A stretch of 64,000 nucleotides of DNA. It comes from Eremomyces bilateralis CBS 781.70. Lineage: Eukaryota. Below are positions 23,299 to 36,886 of the stretch, piece after piece. Positions within the stretch are counted from its first letter, which is position 1, and each line of letters begins with the position of its first letter. The notes below the pieces were generated by a model, which worked only from the letters and a program-made list of their open reading frames with translations, was not told the DNA's origin and did not search any database. The stretch lies in the NCBI GenBank assembly GCA_010015585.1, contig ML975154.1; one strand, 5' to 3'. The position numbers and the translations under genes were made by a program.

Positions 23299-25389
23299 TC
23301 ACCCCTTCCTCCCAAATTTCCCGAAGCTTAGAAATCCAGCCGGTGGCTCTAACCGCCTGGTCAAGCTTTCCCTCCGACTTTCGCGTCTTCCTTCACGCTT
23401 CTCATCCATTTTCCCCAGACGGGTGTCGAGTTCTTGCTTTTCCACCGGGATGAGGTCGCCATGCATCGCAGGAGGAGCAGCCATCCGCCTTCCCATATCA
23501 CTCACACTCCTTTTCCTATCACCCCCAACGGTCTTCCCGCAGCCTCTCGGGTTGTTCAAGCTCATCCCCATCGACGATCCGGGCCACTCCGGATATCGTC
23601 TTAGCCCCTGATTCCCTATATCTACGTCCACCTCGGTCCCCGCGTCCGTCGCTGCATCGGTCCGCGCATCGCCCTCGCTATACCTGCCCAGACTCTTGAC
23701 ACTTAGCGCGCCGGCGAGCCCGGCAACGTCATCCTCTGGTACAAGTGTCGTATCGCCTTCTTCGAAGTCGTCGTCAGTGTCCCCAAACTTGAGGCCCGGG
23801 GGAGGATGAGATGGGCGGGACCTGACGGGGTCGGCGGGCGAGCAGGAGAGCATGGGTGGGTGCGAGGAGTTGGGATTCTGCTGGGAAAGGGAGGGTGGGG
23901 GTCGAGAAACGCCATCAGGGGGATGGGTGAGGTAGACGGCACGGAGGGCGGGGTGTGGATGTGGGTACGTGTTCAATCCTGCTGAGTATGGCTGCGCGGT
24001 TGAACTTTGTGTTGGCGTTGCGGCATTGTTTTCATGACCGCTGGCGTTGAAACCACCGATGCTCTCGTTCAGCAAGGATGACGGGAGCAGGCCAGCAATC
24101 TTCTGGCGTTCGGCAAAGGATGCAACTACCCCGCTTGCTCTTACTGGCGAGCTGGTTCGTACGGTTCGCGTAAGTGGCCGTGGGTGCTGCGTGCCGTACT
24201 GAAAAACGAGGTCACGAGCATGCGGTGCGCCACGGGGGTTTTCTCGCCCATCCGAGCTGCTGCTGCGGATGGATTCTCGGGAGCCAGTAATGTCAGTGGC
24301 ATGGCGATTGACGCCACCAGCTTTCGCGGGGTAGGGATATCGTCCTTGTGAGATTCCACCTGTCCGAGGCAGTGACCTCGGGGTGTTCGGCTCCGTACGT
24401 GGCGAGGAAGCGCTGGCGCTGAAGTAGTCGGAGTCATAATAGGATGTTGGTGGGCGGATGTCTTTGGGAAGGTCGAGATCGTCTCGAGATCGGACATGTA
24501 CAGGGACTTTGGGGTTGTGTATAGAGAGCTGGTGATTGATGGAGGGTTCGGCGCTGGCGTACGCGGAGTCGTGAGCTTCGACGGCGGTAGTGGTAGACCT
24601 ATTAAGGGTCTCGTATGCGGTGTCTAGCTCGGTCAGGCGGTGTTGGAGATCATGGATGATCTCGGCGGCTTCGTCGAGTGCCACACCGCGCTCTTCCAGC
24701 ACTTTTAGTGCGTTTTCGTAGACCGCCAAATTCCCGTCATTCACCTTCCTCAGCTCTTCGTTCTCGGCTTGCAATGCCTCCATCTGTTGTTGCGATTCCG
24801 TCTTTTCTTGTTTTAACGTCGCCACCTCTTCTCGGAGACCTCGCGACTCCTCGACGATCTCTCGCGTCTCTTCAAGCTCCTTCCCAAGCTTTTTCATCTT
24901 CTCTTCCTGCAAACAGATACGCAACTTCAAATCAAAGTTCTCCTTCGACTGCTTATCCAGCAACGTATCCATATCTTTCATAGACAAGCCCCTTTGGATT
25001 CCCGGGGCAATCTTCCCTTCATTTGCTGCGGTATTTACGGAGCTGGCCCTCCTCGTCCGTGGGCGTACAGGTCGTATAGGGTTATTGGGGTGGTCATCTT
25101 CAATCGCCGCAACCCAACTATCGATGTAGGAAGCCGTACTATTTGGCCCTGATTGGGAATCCGGCCGCCTGGGTGTAGACCGGGCGCGGTCATGTCGGGC
25201 GGACTTGTCGCGAAGAATGTCTCGAAGGTATTCGGATTTGGGCTCGACGGCGAGGGAGGTTGGTCGGGATGTTGGACTGGAGGGGAGAGTCCGAGGGCCT
25301 CGTCGCCGTGATCGGGTGTCCGATGGGCTAGAAGACATAGTGCGCTCGAGGTGAGTTTGAGATGAGCTGAATGGGGAGCGGTTCGACAT
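23299..25389 (-). CDS. Centrosomin motif 1 (CM1/Cnn_1N) coiled-coil protein
   Basis: LSMKDMDTLLDKQSKENFDLKLRICLQEE followed by heptad coiled coil, then a Ser/Pro-rich disordered tail; 696-aa ORF. Confidence 0.75.
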   Translation of the reverse strand: MSNRSPFSSSQTHLERTMSSSPSDTRSRRRGPRTLPSSPTSRPTSLAVEPKSEYLRDILRDKSARHDRARSTPRRPDSQSGPNSTASYIDSWVAAIEDDHPNNPIRPVRPRTRRASSVNTAANEGKIAPGIQRGLSMKDMDTLLDKQSKENFDLKLRICLQEEKMKKLGKELEETREIVEESRGLREEVATLKQEKTESQQQMEALQAENEELRKVNDGNLAVYENALKVLEERGVALDEAAEIIHDLQHRLTELDTAYETLNRSTTTAVEAHDSAYASAEPSINHQLSIHNPKVPVHVRSRDDLDLPKDIRPPTSYYDSDYFSASASSPRTEPNTPRSLPRTGGISQGRYPYPAKAGGVNRHATDITGSRESIRSSSSDGRENPRGAPHARDLVFQYGTQHPRPLTRTVRTSSPVRASGVVASFAERQKIAGLLPSSLLNESIGGFNASGHENNAATPTQSSTAQPYSAGLNTYPHPHPALRAVYLTHPPDGVSRPPPSLSQQNPNSSHPPMLSCSPADPVRSRPSHPPPGLKFGDTDDDFEEGDTTLVPEDDVAGLAGALSVKSLGRYSEGDARTDAATDAGTEVDVDIGNQGLRRYPEWPGSSMGMSLNNPRGCGKTVGGDRKRSVSDMGRRMAAPPAMHGDLIPVEKQELDTRLGKMDEKREGRRESRRESLTRRLEPPAGFLSFGKFGRKG

Positions 25390-27884
25390 GGTGGCGTGAA
25401 TTATAGTGGCAAAGTAGGTGGAGAATCAGGCCTTAGTGATGCTCGTAGGACAAAGAGACTGTATCATGATAAAATTAGAGCACGACTTTTGAGGCTTGGA
25501 GCGAATGAACCACATACCCCTGCTACTCTATACAGGAATATAACAATGAAGTGCTCGTACACCATCAAGGGATCGTGATGTTCGGGGTCGATGCTGGAGG
25601 AGATCGGGGGAGGGTCGAAGGAGATGTGATATCAGCGTTGTTGCGGTTCAACGTTTACACTGCTCTCCCTAAGACAACAAAGTCTTCGGTTGAGATATGC
25701 TGGCTGAGGTTGTCGTTTTGTCTTGTCCTGTGACTTCAAGTGCCCTTGAAGCCATTGATTGTAGTGGGCAACAGGCACATGAGGCAATTGAATGCGTCAC
25801 CATTGCTTTACAATTCTTTGTCGAATCTGTAAACCTTCCACTAAGGTATCCATCATCCTCAGTCTCTAGCGATCATGCAAGTCATTTGAGCGGCACAACG
25901 ATGACAATATCAAGTGACAAGTCAAAAAGAGAAGGAACTCCAGGAAGAAAAATCGTCTTCGATCCAAAAGCAAAGATACCTGCAGAACATCCGCGGACAG
26001 TCACGCTCAGCATCAAGCAAACCGCATCACCAAGTCCGAAGTCCGAAGTGGTCGAATCATGCACGGATATCCGAATGGGATAACCTAAAAATCAGCCCAC
26101 AGGGGCGTTCCTGGCCCTCTGCAAAGGGGGTGACTTCGTGCCGATTCATGCACATTTGTCGCTTTTTGCGTCCTCCAGTTATCGTCCTTAGCGGCCCTCC
26201 TCTGCGATGGACTCCCCAATCGTTCGCGTGATGGCCGGCAGGGCCACAGGACGACAAGGGAACCCTGGAGACACGCTAAGAGTTCCCTTTCCGTTCTTCA
26301 ATGTGCAACGGCTCTCTTCTCGAGTTCGTCTGGCAATAGTACTCCGTTATGCGTGACAGTTGACACTATTGAGTCGTCCTCGACTATGTACGTCCTCCCC
26401 TTGGAGGGTTATGGACTTCTAATTAAGTGTAAAGATTGAACCCCAAGGATCGGACAGCTGGAGCTCCATACAAAACCCCGCCAGTGCCTGAGAACAGTGG
26501 ATACATCACAACTTGGCTCCTTGCTTGACCGCCCGATTGGAATCAGCTAGCCAGTCTGTCGGGCGCTGGTACGGAAGGGTGCCCTGAGGTTCCATTACCC
26601 ATGCCATGTGCAAACTGCACAGTACGTAGTATATTGCCCCGAGCCATCTAGTATCAACACCAAGTCATCAACATGACAGGCGGACGTTCTGGTTGACTGT
26701 GCGAAGGCCTAATGGAGAACTGCGCATCTGCTTCGGGAATACACGCTGGGATCTTAAACCCTGTTGAGATGCGGGGACCGCATTGCCGTGTCTCCTTGCT
26801 CACTGGCTCGCGTCCTCAACCTCCAGTGCTTCTTCGGCTGCGGAACGATTGGACTCCTGGCATATCACGCCCATCGTCACAACCGCCCTCGTGTATCTCC
26901 TTCCGTTAAAGCGATAGCGTTCTCTTCGGTCAATATCGTAGTCGAAGAAGTTCAAATCTCGACCTGAATGTCCAAGGCGATTGCGCGACCTTCAAAGGAT
27001 CCAGGGGCCAGGAGAGAGGTCAGTTTCAACGGTTTTACTAGCCATTCAACGCCCAAGAGTCAGGAGCCCACCACTGTCCCGAACCCACGGCGCGTCCAGG
27101 GGTCCATCGGTGAGAAGTGGGAACCGTGCAGCGCATTCGATTTCTTGAAACAAGCGACGCAAGGCGGACCGGCGTCCCTAGTCTCGTCCACGACAGAAAG
27201 GTGATAAAAATGCTGATTGGACTGATTCAAAATATTCCGTGACATTTTCGCATCAGCGGCGACATTCCGGGAAAGGGCATGATGGAGCATGATTTGTGAG
27301 GTCTCAAGGGAGCTTTGATTCGGATGTGGTAGAAATGGTTCACTGCAACTGGTTGGCAAGCAGCTAGCCGCTAAGAAAATATTGAAAATACCATATTACT
27401 TACTCTGTACCTTCTGGTACTCCGTCCTCAATGCTGGTTGGTGTCTTGGACTTTACTTGATCGCAGCAGGAGATTGGCATGCAAGGCTCAAAGGCCAATC
27501 ATGGCACGAGGACACCTGACTTCCACCAATATCCAAAAGGTCTCACTATGCGCGGTCGATCATCGATTTCTTGCATGAGAGCAAACATCGCCGCAAAGCA
27601 TTCATGGTTCATCTTAAGCTACCAGAATTGCGTATCGGAAAAGGGCCTTACCAAATGTGAGTGGGGGAGGCGGCTCCTTCGTGTGGAAACTGGAAGGGTG
27701 CTCTGTACGCAGAGGGGATTATTATAAGTGTTCTATTCTGTATGTAGTATGTATTCATATGCCACAAACATGGGAACCGTTTTCAAGCCGGCTCAACATT
27801 TCATTACATTAGCATGCATAGACTCGGTAGGACAAGCATGCAAGCACCCAACCGACACGCCGATATGCATCCGACTCCCGTCCC

Positions 27885-29497
27885 TTATTTCCCCTCCCCA
27901 TCCAGCTTCCTCTTCCACTCCTTCTCAATCCTCCCCTCCCAATCCTCCCTCAACCCCTCCATCTCCCTCCACGCCTCAATCGCCCTCGTCTCAAACCCTT
28001 CCTTCTCCTCCCTCCCCACCACCCTCGCCACCGTCACCGGCCCCGCCTGCTCCCTCCTCATCTCCCAATCCTCCGGATCCGTGCCAATCTTCCCGCCTAG
28101 CCCCCACCCCTCTACCTCCGTCCGCGACACCATCTCAGACCCAATCCGATTCGTGCCAGACCCCCACTTCGACTTGCCCAGGCCCCGCGTCCGCTCGTTC
28201 ACGTCGAGCTGCGTCTGCGGGACGAGCGCGAGGTAGACCGGCGCGGCGGCCCCAATGTACGCACTAACGGTGTGCCATGGGGAGCCGAGGATGCGGGCGA
28301 GATAGAACACGACGATCATGGCGTAGTGAAGGACGAAGGGCATCGCGGCGATGCCCGTGGCGCAGATGCCGGGGTGGGTGAGGTAGATGGAGGGCGTTCC
28401 GGAGCTGGATTCAGACTTTTTCTCGCCAGCTGCCTCGTCGGCCCCGTCGGTGACGCTCTCCATCTGCTTGTCGATTGGGGAACTCCCGAGGTACTTCGAC
28501 GCCCACGGAGCGGTGGACTTGAGCTCGGAGGAGAGGGCGAGGAGGTCCGTGAGGCGTTTGGAGCTCTCATACGGCTCCTCGGCTTCCAGGCCTTGGATGT
28601 CGTCGAGGTTCAATGCATAATCATAGGCTTCCAAGCTGGAAATCCAGATGATTCGTCCTCGAGCTTCCTGGACCGTCGGCACCTTGGACAGCAAAGGGGT
28701 GAGGTAATGCCCCAAGAGATAATGACCGAAGAGGTTGGAGCAGAAAATATGCCCCAATGCTGGATGCTCGGAGACCTTTTCCTGCGTGTCGGTCTTGCTT
28801 TCGGAATCCCTGCCCGCACTCGTTCGTTGGAACTGAGGTTCGGCAGCCGTGCCGACGACGCTTCTTTTGAATCGCGGCCAAGTGACAGCTTGAACCATAT
28901 TTGTGAGAACATCTTTAACAGCCTGCGGCCACTTCATCCCATCCCATCCACCAACCCCGGCGTTACATATTAGCACGTCCAGATGGCCAATCTTGCTAGT
29001 CAACTTGTCCCCAATTGGCGGACCGCTGGAATTGTGCTTGTTTCGACCGTTTACTAGCCTATCTGCCAATTCTCGCACTGACATCAGGTCACACAGGTCG
29101 ACGATTTCACCGCTCATCGCGACTCGGACGAATGGGTCTGCCTGGCTCTCCTTCAGGATGAGGTCCTGGATCAAACGGCCGTTTCCTTGGGCGATCTGCT
29201 TGTTCTTCCATTGCTTCATATGACTTCGAAGCGATCGGATGGTTTTCTCGCATTTTGCTTCGGACCGCGTCGCCACGATGAGGTGGAGGTGTTCGTGGAG
29301 GTCGCGGACATCCAGAAACGTCTCGATGAGGCGGGTGCATATGGCATACCCAAGGCCGCTGTTTACTGTCGTCAGCTATGTGTAGTCTCTTCAGGATCCG
29401 ACTGGACCTACGTATTTGCGCCCGTGACTAGCACACGATATGTCACGATTTCCTTCTTTTCTCCAAGGCCATGGTCTCTGTTAAATGAAGATGCCAT
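27885..29497 (-). CDS. ERG27: 3-ketosteroid reductase (SDR family), 2 exons
   Basis: VLVTGAN-intron-GLGYAIC, LICNAGVGGWDG, NLFGHY, IIWISSLEA, YESSKRLTD, HPGICAT, RILGSPWH; ATG at 29497. Confidence 0.92.
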
Positions 29498-32400
29498 ATC
29501 AAACTAGCAAAACGATACAGGGGAGAGCTCTCCTACAGATTTAGCAATAGAGCAATGGCCTAGACTTCAGACGGGGGGATTCGCTGTCAGGCCGTTTCGC
29601 GGGTGAGAGGACATGCCGACTAACTCTGCCACGTCACGATTCTTCCATGTGTCGCATCGCAATTCTATTCAACAAACTGGTGTGGTGGTGCACCGGCCAC
29701 AGTGTTTGGCGGTCGTTCCCGTGATGGCATCATGAATTTTTCCAGCCAATCAGGTCCGTCCAACTGCGCATGCGGTTGAGATGAAAACCTCCCTAGGCGC
29801 CAAGGCATCAAGCCTCAAGGTAACATGAAGGCACTGTGCTTTGCTGACATAATGATTGTCAAGATCCAGTCTCCAGTCCAGACCAGCCCAGGCATCGCAA
29901 CCACATCATTCCGTTCTGCAGAACTGAACATCCTCAATTCATCTACTTCCTTGCTTGTGCTCCATATCGGTGTAATTTCTCTCTTGCGAGTCACTCAATT
30001 TGACTCCATAACGCTCCATGGGATATTTTACTGGTTCATATGGATCTCCCCATTATTCGAGAACGGAGCATTTCTCAAGTATCGAGTTGAATGATCGACA
30101 CATGTATCCACAAGCGAGGTCCCGAAAGCATGCATATCATGGACAGACATCTGGTTCCTTGTCCCGAGGACCAGAGGATGTGACCTGGTCACCTGGTTGT
30201 CTCGTGGCCTTGTGGGAGGAATTTCCACCGGCACTCGTGGTGACAAGGACCAAGGTGTCCTAATCTATCGGATATCTTGACAGCCCCTGTATCCCTGCAG
30301 AACGCGCAATCTGACAAGCTTCTGGAAGTCTTGGGCTAATTACGGATTCTGGAACAGTTTCAGGTTTTGAAGCATCGGTTTTGTGGTTCGATATGATTTG
30401 TAGGGAGAGGAGGGTTGTTGCATGATGTTCGGCTCTCATCGTCGGTAGAATATGGAATTGCTTGTGATAGCCCGGTCCGAACCATTAACTATGAAGAGCC
30501 GAGTAAAATGGTCAACAACAAGGCTTCGTTTCGATCCTAGGCATCACAGCCCAAGCCGTCCCGATAACGGCCTTGGTTTCCAATGCTCTCCTGTCTCCAT
30601 TTCATCCATCCAGTCCTACTCGAGCCTCGACCTTCGGACCCCACTCTAAAATATTCCTGCGCCGAGGCTGAAAGGCTAATATCAGTATCTCCTACCATAT
30701 AGCATCATTGCGCCACAGCTTAGACAATCCGAAGCAGGGCACGATGCATATGTTCAAGTCATTCGTTGACTTGGAGTTAGACGGCCTCATAGGAACTGCA
30801 ACAACTCCGTCCGTCTCAGTGCTCAAGAGCCGAATCCTTCGAAGGAGAATCATGAGATGCGGATTATGTGGGCCAGATCAGATGGAAACCACGTCGTCGG
30901 GAACCCATGAGGACGGTTGTGGGAGGGACGGCTCCTACCTCGTTGTGGCTTCATCCAGGATCCCATCCTCCAGGAATTTCCAGGCGAGCATCACGCTCCC
31001 AAGCACGATCTCAAGTCCCAAACACGACTTGCCGATTGCCAATCCCAACCGTCGTCCATCTCGTTGTTTCTGTTTGCTCCCGATTACAGGGCTCATCCCT
31101 CCCCCGAATGAATATCTTGGTGCATCTCTCAAAACTGTTGGATTGGCACGGCTCCTCGGAGAGCTTGCTGAGCAATTAATCTTCTGGCATGGGATGAATT
31201 GGAATTCTTCGCTCTATCGTTCTTGCCAAGACAGACGGTTTCCCTACACGACTATGTCGACAAGACCTTCCCATGTCTGCAATATCATGGAGTTGATTTG
31301 ATGATGAACGATGAAAAAAAACGTGCCACGGGCCGCTTTGCCGCGAAATGGTTGAGACATCTCCTCAAACTGTTGGTTGAGAAATGGGTGCAGCGAATCC
31401 GTGAGCTCACGGTGATTGGAAGGAACTTCGTGATCTGGTTTACGTATCGTGCATCATGCACACCAAACCACTGTTCCAGGCCTAGTTGTTCGTCAAATCG
31501 AAACCAAGAGTGGAAATTGACTCCAACATTCCTTTATCTGTTGAGAGCTCATCGATATTGATGGGTGTTTCATCCTCAAACTGACGTCAAACTGCAGGAC
31601 CATGTATGCGAACGTGGCGGCTCCCAGGTTGAGAAATGGTGCGTGGATATATATGAGTCCAGACCGTTGGGACATTTATAAGGGGGGATGTAACATCGTA
31701 TATTGATGTCAATGTGATAGAGCGGATTACTTGCATGCTTGTATGCGCTGTAAATGACGGGAAAACAGAGACAATAGAAGACTTTAAGTATTGTTTCAGT
31801 ATATATTGTTCAGTTGGCCCAAGTTGTAGAGCGATTAATGATATTAACCGTACGACCGTAGGAGCGCATATGGACTAGAAAGACAGTGGTAGGAGCTCCT
31901 GAGCTCATCTATTGTTTTTCGTCTATTGAAATATCTATCAAAAATACGAAAATTTACTTCAGTCAGATTAATCGCACCACAAGGAAGGACGAAATAATCT
32001 TATGTTCAGACCAAATCGATGTGACTTGTAGCTCATGCCCACATATCGAACACTGCAGGGACCAGCCTTTGGTCCTCCCTGTGACAGGCAGAACAAATGC
32101 ATAGAGCTCCCGACGCTAAAGAACGAGGAGAACTTTCTGAATGTAATGGGGTCCTGAAGGTCGCTGAAAGAGTGTCTGTCATATGCCCATCATATGCGAG
32201 TGTTCAAGCCCGGTCTCTTTACGCAGCAAGTGAGCACCGAAAGTTGCAGGGGTAAGCATGTATCACCATGCATTCATGCATGTTACATATGATTGCAAAA
32301 GACGACTTCGCTCCCGATGTTGTGCACAATCTCAAAATATCCAAACCATGAAACACGGATGTGATCCGGACCTCCATGCAATCCACCCCGGAGGTCTAGA

Positions 32401-33274
32401 ATGCGAAATTGCGTGAGTTGGAATGGGTTCCTGTTTCCTTGCTTCCTTCATGTGCGTCTCTGCTTGTGACAATGAAACTAATGCCAATTTCGCCCGAAAA
32501 GATTCCCTGCCCCTGGACGTTGGGATGCATTCTCAGTAAGCATTTTCCCTTTGGCGTTGTTGATAGAAATTCCTCAGACAGGAGGAGCGTGAAACGACAG
32601 GTGAGAACATTGATAGAACCGGTTGAACTTGGCGGACGAGGTCATGGCGCCTCCCGTGTTCCCCCCAAGAACAGATATGGAAGTTGTTTCCCTAGAATGG
32701 GGAAAGGCGGTCCTCTAAACATCGTCTAGATCAGGAGTGAACTGAAAAGGCGCTTGGCTCTAAACGAGGTTGCAAATCCTACTGATTGCTCGACCGGGCG
32801 CAAGTCCGGTGTCCGAAATCGCAGAGCCTCAAGGTGACGACGACGTGACCAAAAGCGTCGAGCGACCGGGAACCCGCATCCTGATACTCGAGATTTCTGC
32901 GGAAATCCGGAAAGTGGATGGGCGACTGCAGCGCTGTTTCTCAGATGACCCGCATACTGGAGGCTCGGCTATTCCGCGACGAACAGTTTGCGGTACACAG
33001 GGATCGCAAGATCTGGCGTGACAGAGTACAAGGTCTCCGGAAAAGTCGGTAATACCCGTCACTTGACGTGGGAGGAAACGGGTCTCGCGACGCGCGTGGT
33101 GTGATTCCGTCTCTGGTGCATGTCAACTATCTGTGCAAGGGGGGTTGGATTCCGTCGATACGCACGGGAAGCTGCAGACTGCAGAGAACCGTCGATAATT
33201 CGGCAAAAGTTTTTGTTGCGATGGCTAGTACCGCCGCATGCGATGCCTAAGAAATTTGGTTAACGATAGGCTCG

Positions 33275-33589
33275 TCAAGAGGACGACGATGATGCTGACA
33301 CGCTGCGTGGCCCCTTTGCCGATGAAGTATCGCGACAATCTCCTGATTGATTATTAGGAATTGCTCTTTCAAAGTTGACTTGCGGGGTGGCTTACCGCAC
33401 TTCTCATTCAAACGGTATTCACTGCGCATCGTATGAGTTCCTGTTGGCAGCTCGAAATGTGAGAAAGACTCACATAGCAACAACATTTGCTGGACAACGA
33501 CGATGTGTTTCTTGATACTTTACACACCAGGCCTTCACTGTATAGCGAAGGTGACCACATGCGTACTCGACTTGGGTGTAATCACACAT
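33275..33589 (-). CDS. 69-aa Cys/His-rich microprotein of unknown function, 3 exons
   Basis: Exons 33589-33474, 33421-33396, 33342-33275 with GTGAGT..CAG and GTAAGC..CAG introns sum to 210 nt. Product MCDYTQVEYACGHLRYTVKAWCVKYQETHRRCPANVVAIEYRLNEKCGDCRDTSSAKGPRSVSASSSSS. Confidence 0.8.
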
Positions 33590-36500
33590 CTTGAGAATGT
33601 AAAAGGAAAAGTATGGCAATGGCAGAAGTGGGTGAAGCACGGCAACGACGCGTGGAGTGGAAAGAAAATGGATCAACTATCTCTTACGGATAGACTAGTC
33701 TCCCGAGGGAGGGCCAAACCTTTAAATATTATCATTCTCCTTGAAGTGTGAACAGCACGGAATCGGTTCGGGACGAATCGTAAGTCGGTACTCCCACTGG
33801 TGCAGCAGGGCCCGTCTTGTCTATCAGAGTCATGTAACCCGGTGCCCAAAGTTATGAAATACATGGGATAGATGAAAATATCAGGTCAGAGGACCAGGTA
33901 TATCCTGACGTACTCAAAGGGTAACCACAGTCAGCAACGCGAGAGGCGGAAGCGGCTTGCTGTTCCCGATGACTGCTGGAAGCCTTGACCCGGGCAGACT
34001 AGGTGGACACTGTGCGCTGTGCAACATGGATGACGTGCCCTAGAGCCGGCTAGAGCTCTTCTAGAAGCATGTTCACGACGAGCTGTAACGCTAGCGGATG
34101 GCTAGCATGGCACGCAATCATGATCCCATCCAGCCCTGACCACGCTTATCTATGTTTTCAGAAGATGAGAAGATGTGAACCTGCGTAAGTTCAGAGCCGT
34201 CCAGCATCACCCTGGTATGGGAGTCGGCTCCGATGTGGCGTGTTGAAGACTGAGACATCTGGACGGCATCAGAGTGCACAAAGCGAGACATAGCGAATAC
34301 CATCTGCAATCAAATTTTACGTGGATGGGCGTGATACTCTTGAGATCTGATACCAGTCAGGTGTTTCGACTCGTTAGGATTAACTAACCTACGGGCCGGC
34401 TCCGCGTATATTGGATTTGACTGTGTGACGGATGAGGTGCCATCGCGCGACGATGGTCCGTTGGTATCTTATTGAGCCATAGGCAGATGGTAACATGAAG
34501 TCTTGTCCCCAAACCACTATCTTTTTGGTTTGTATCTTGACAGTTGATGTATTACGGGATAACGGACCGATCCCGCTTGGGGGTCGCCCACCAGATCTTT
34601 TATGCAGAAAGGAAAATCCTGCGTGAGATTCATGCGGCGTTGCGCACTGTGGATCCAACGGCCAGGTTCCGTATCCCATTCGGTGTTTGGATACCGTACA
34701 GCACGGATCGGCGTACCCGCATATCCTACACATGTAGGAACCTGAGGGACGAGGAAGCCTGGAAGCGACTTGGATGGCTGCTAGGTGACGGCGTGACCAG
34801 CGTGTCAACTGGGAATCTGGGGCCATAGGATGGTCTGTCTGTCTGCTGTAGCGTCATGATATTCGGGATTCCGTACCCAGAACGGAAATACCTCAAAGTT
34901 AGATTCGCTATGGTACAGATACAACTGGTGGCCTGGTACGTCCACTATTTTTATTCCTGCATTCTCAGGAGAGCCGATCGTTATGCTCCTTACTCGTAGC
35001 TATCAAGCCCTGGATTTTCTAAGACAAGAATCTCGCTAACCACTCCCATTTTCTGACCGATAGAGAGCAATTGAGCATGATGAACTTTACAGATGTGAAC
35101 TCCTTGTGAAGGTGCCGAGGTGCCGAAAAGCCCCTACAAGTTGGATCTCAAACCGTTGCTGGACCCTTCATTCTTGGGAAATGGGTGATGCCGCGGCGGA
35201 GACTGGGGATACTTTATTGTGGATGAACAGGATGATGGATGTTTCCTGATCCGCACGGTAGTACCAAGTGTGAAGTATCGTCGGGTGCCGGCGTTCGGGG
35301 CAATCAGGCGAAGTTTCGAGCCGTGAAATTCGTGGCTCCCATCCTCCAATTAATCGCAACTCGCATGCAAGGTACGGAATATCCTGGTGCGTAAGAGCAG
35401 AACAGCCGGACTCAACTGAATTCTGAAAGCCGAATGGAATGATAGATAGGGACCGTTCCTCCCTCGTTTTTCGGGGAGCGTAACGGCCAGTCCGGCCGAA
35501 TCGGTCGCAAGGCCAACCAACGGTAATTAGAAGATATGCACGTAATCGCATCATTAGTTAGCGGAACAATTTAAGTTTCGTGTCGCGTGGATTTCCCATT
35601 TTCCCCTCTTCCCAAGTCCCAACTCTCCCGCAGCCATGTCCCGACGAAGTGGAACAAAAGCACGTGGAAGCAGATGAAAGTGTGAGCGTGGCCAGCCTGG
35701 CGTTTCATCCTTGGGGAAGGATCGCAGACTTGCAGGAGGGGGATGCAACTATTTCCCAACGGTGAAAACGTGGCGTCCCCTGGTAACGGAGAAATGGGAA
35801 ATGTGAAGATTATTAACTTGCATAGTATTGAGCGCCGGTAAACAAGTACGGTCCTTAGTACCGTGAAGCGGTCAGGTACCTACTTTGCAGACCCAATATC
35901 TCGAACCAAAACCGCATCTTGGACCTCCTTGCGACCCCTTATTGCGTCTAGCTGATTTCCCACCAACCAAAAACTTGGGCAACAGTGTCTTAGAGACGTA
36001 CCTGGATGTTCCTGTCAGGCCCGAAGCAAAACCCGTCGGTAATCCGTTCGCCGAAGAAATTCATCTTTGTAATTAACTACACCAACTCCAATCTACCGGT
36101 ATGCTAGAGGCGCATGGCGGCGACTGGGAGTCTCAAGTCTGCGGGCTTCGGGCTGCATCCTGGTTATTCCTGGACGCTGGAAGAGGCTACGCAATATGAC
36201 TAGCCTTGAAAATCGAAGCCAGGCGCTCGACGGTTCTGGTTTCTATGCATGTCAACATCGGATCTACGGGATCAATGCGGTTCCGTGCGTGGTGTTGTGC
36301 AGGGTGAAGGAATAGAGCATCCACAACGAGAAGTTTGACAGTCGTAAAAAGTAGCGAGTACTATGTTACGATTGGAGAACTCATCACTCTTGACCCTTGG
36401 GACGGCTCTTCGATCGGGTTGATACTGCCAGCGCCCCAACGGGGCCCAGCTCTGGCGATTCCCAATTCTTAGGATGCCCATGATCTCCTACCCTGCAATC

Positions 36501-36886
36501 CTGCAGGCTCCATGACTCGGCATCTCATATGGTAGGCCCGCCGGGAAGGTTACAGATAGGATAAGCACACTTACCGCGATGTTTCGGCCATCTGCTGAAA
36601 CGTGTCCGCAGACCGGTTCGAGCTAACGAGGTATATTTGCGTCGTAAGGATCGGAATGATTTGGAAGCATCGTCGCTCGCTCGATATACGTACATTATAC
36701 TAAAGAATAGGTCTATACGATTGTAAGCAACGCAGGGCTCATAGCTGGCTTGCAAGTTGCGATCAAGAGACATGCGAACGAAACGCCGCGCAATACTGGT
36801 TAATTAACAGCGCAATGAATTTGAAAAAACGCGAGCAAAAAATCATCATGCTCCAGTGAGGAGCGGCCCTGGGTTCCGTGCGGAGG

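Noticed and set aside
34544..34828. 94-aa ORF preceded by intron-like signals (GTAACA...TTGACAG)
   Set aside because: No recognisable domain and no convincing upstream exon; needs RNA-seq.
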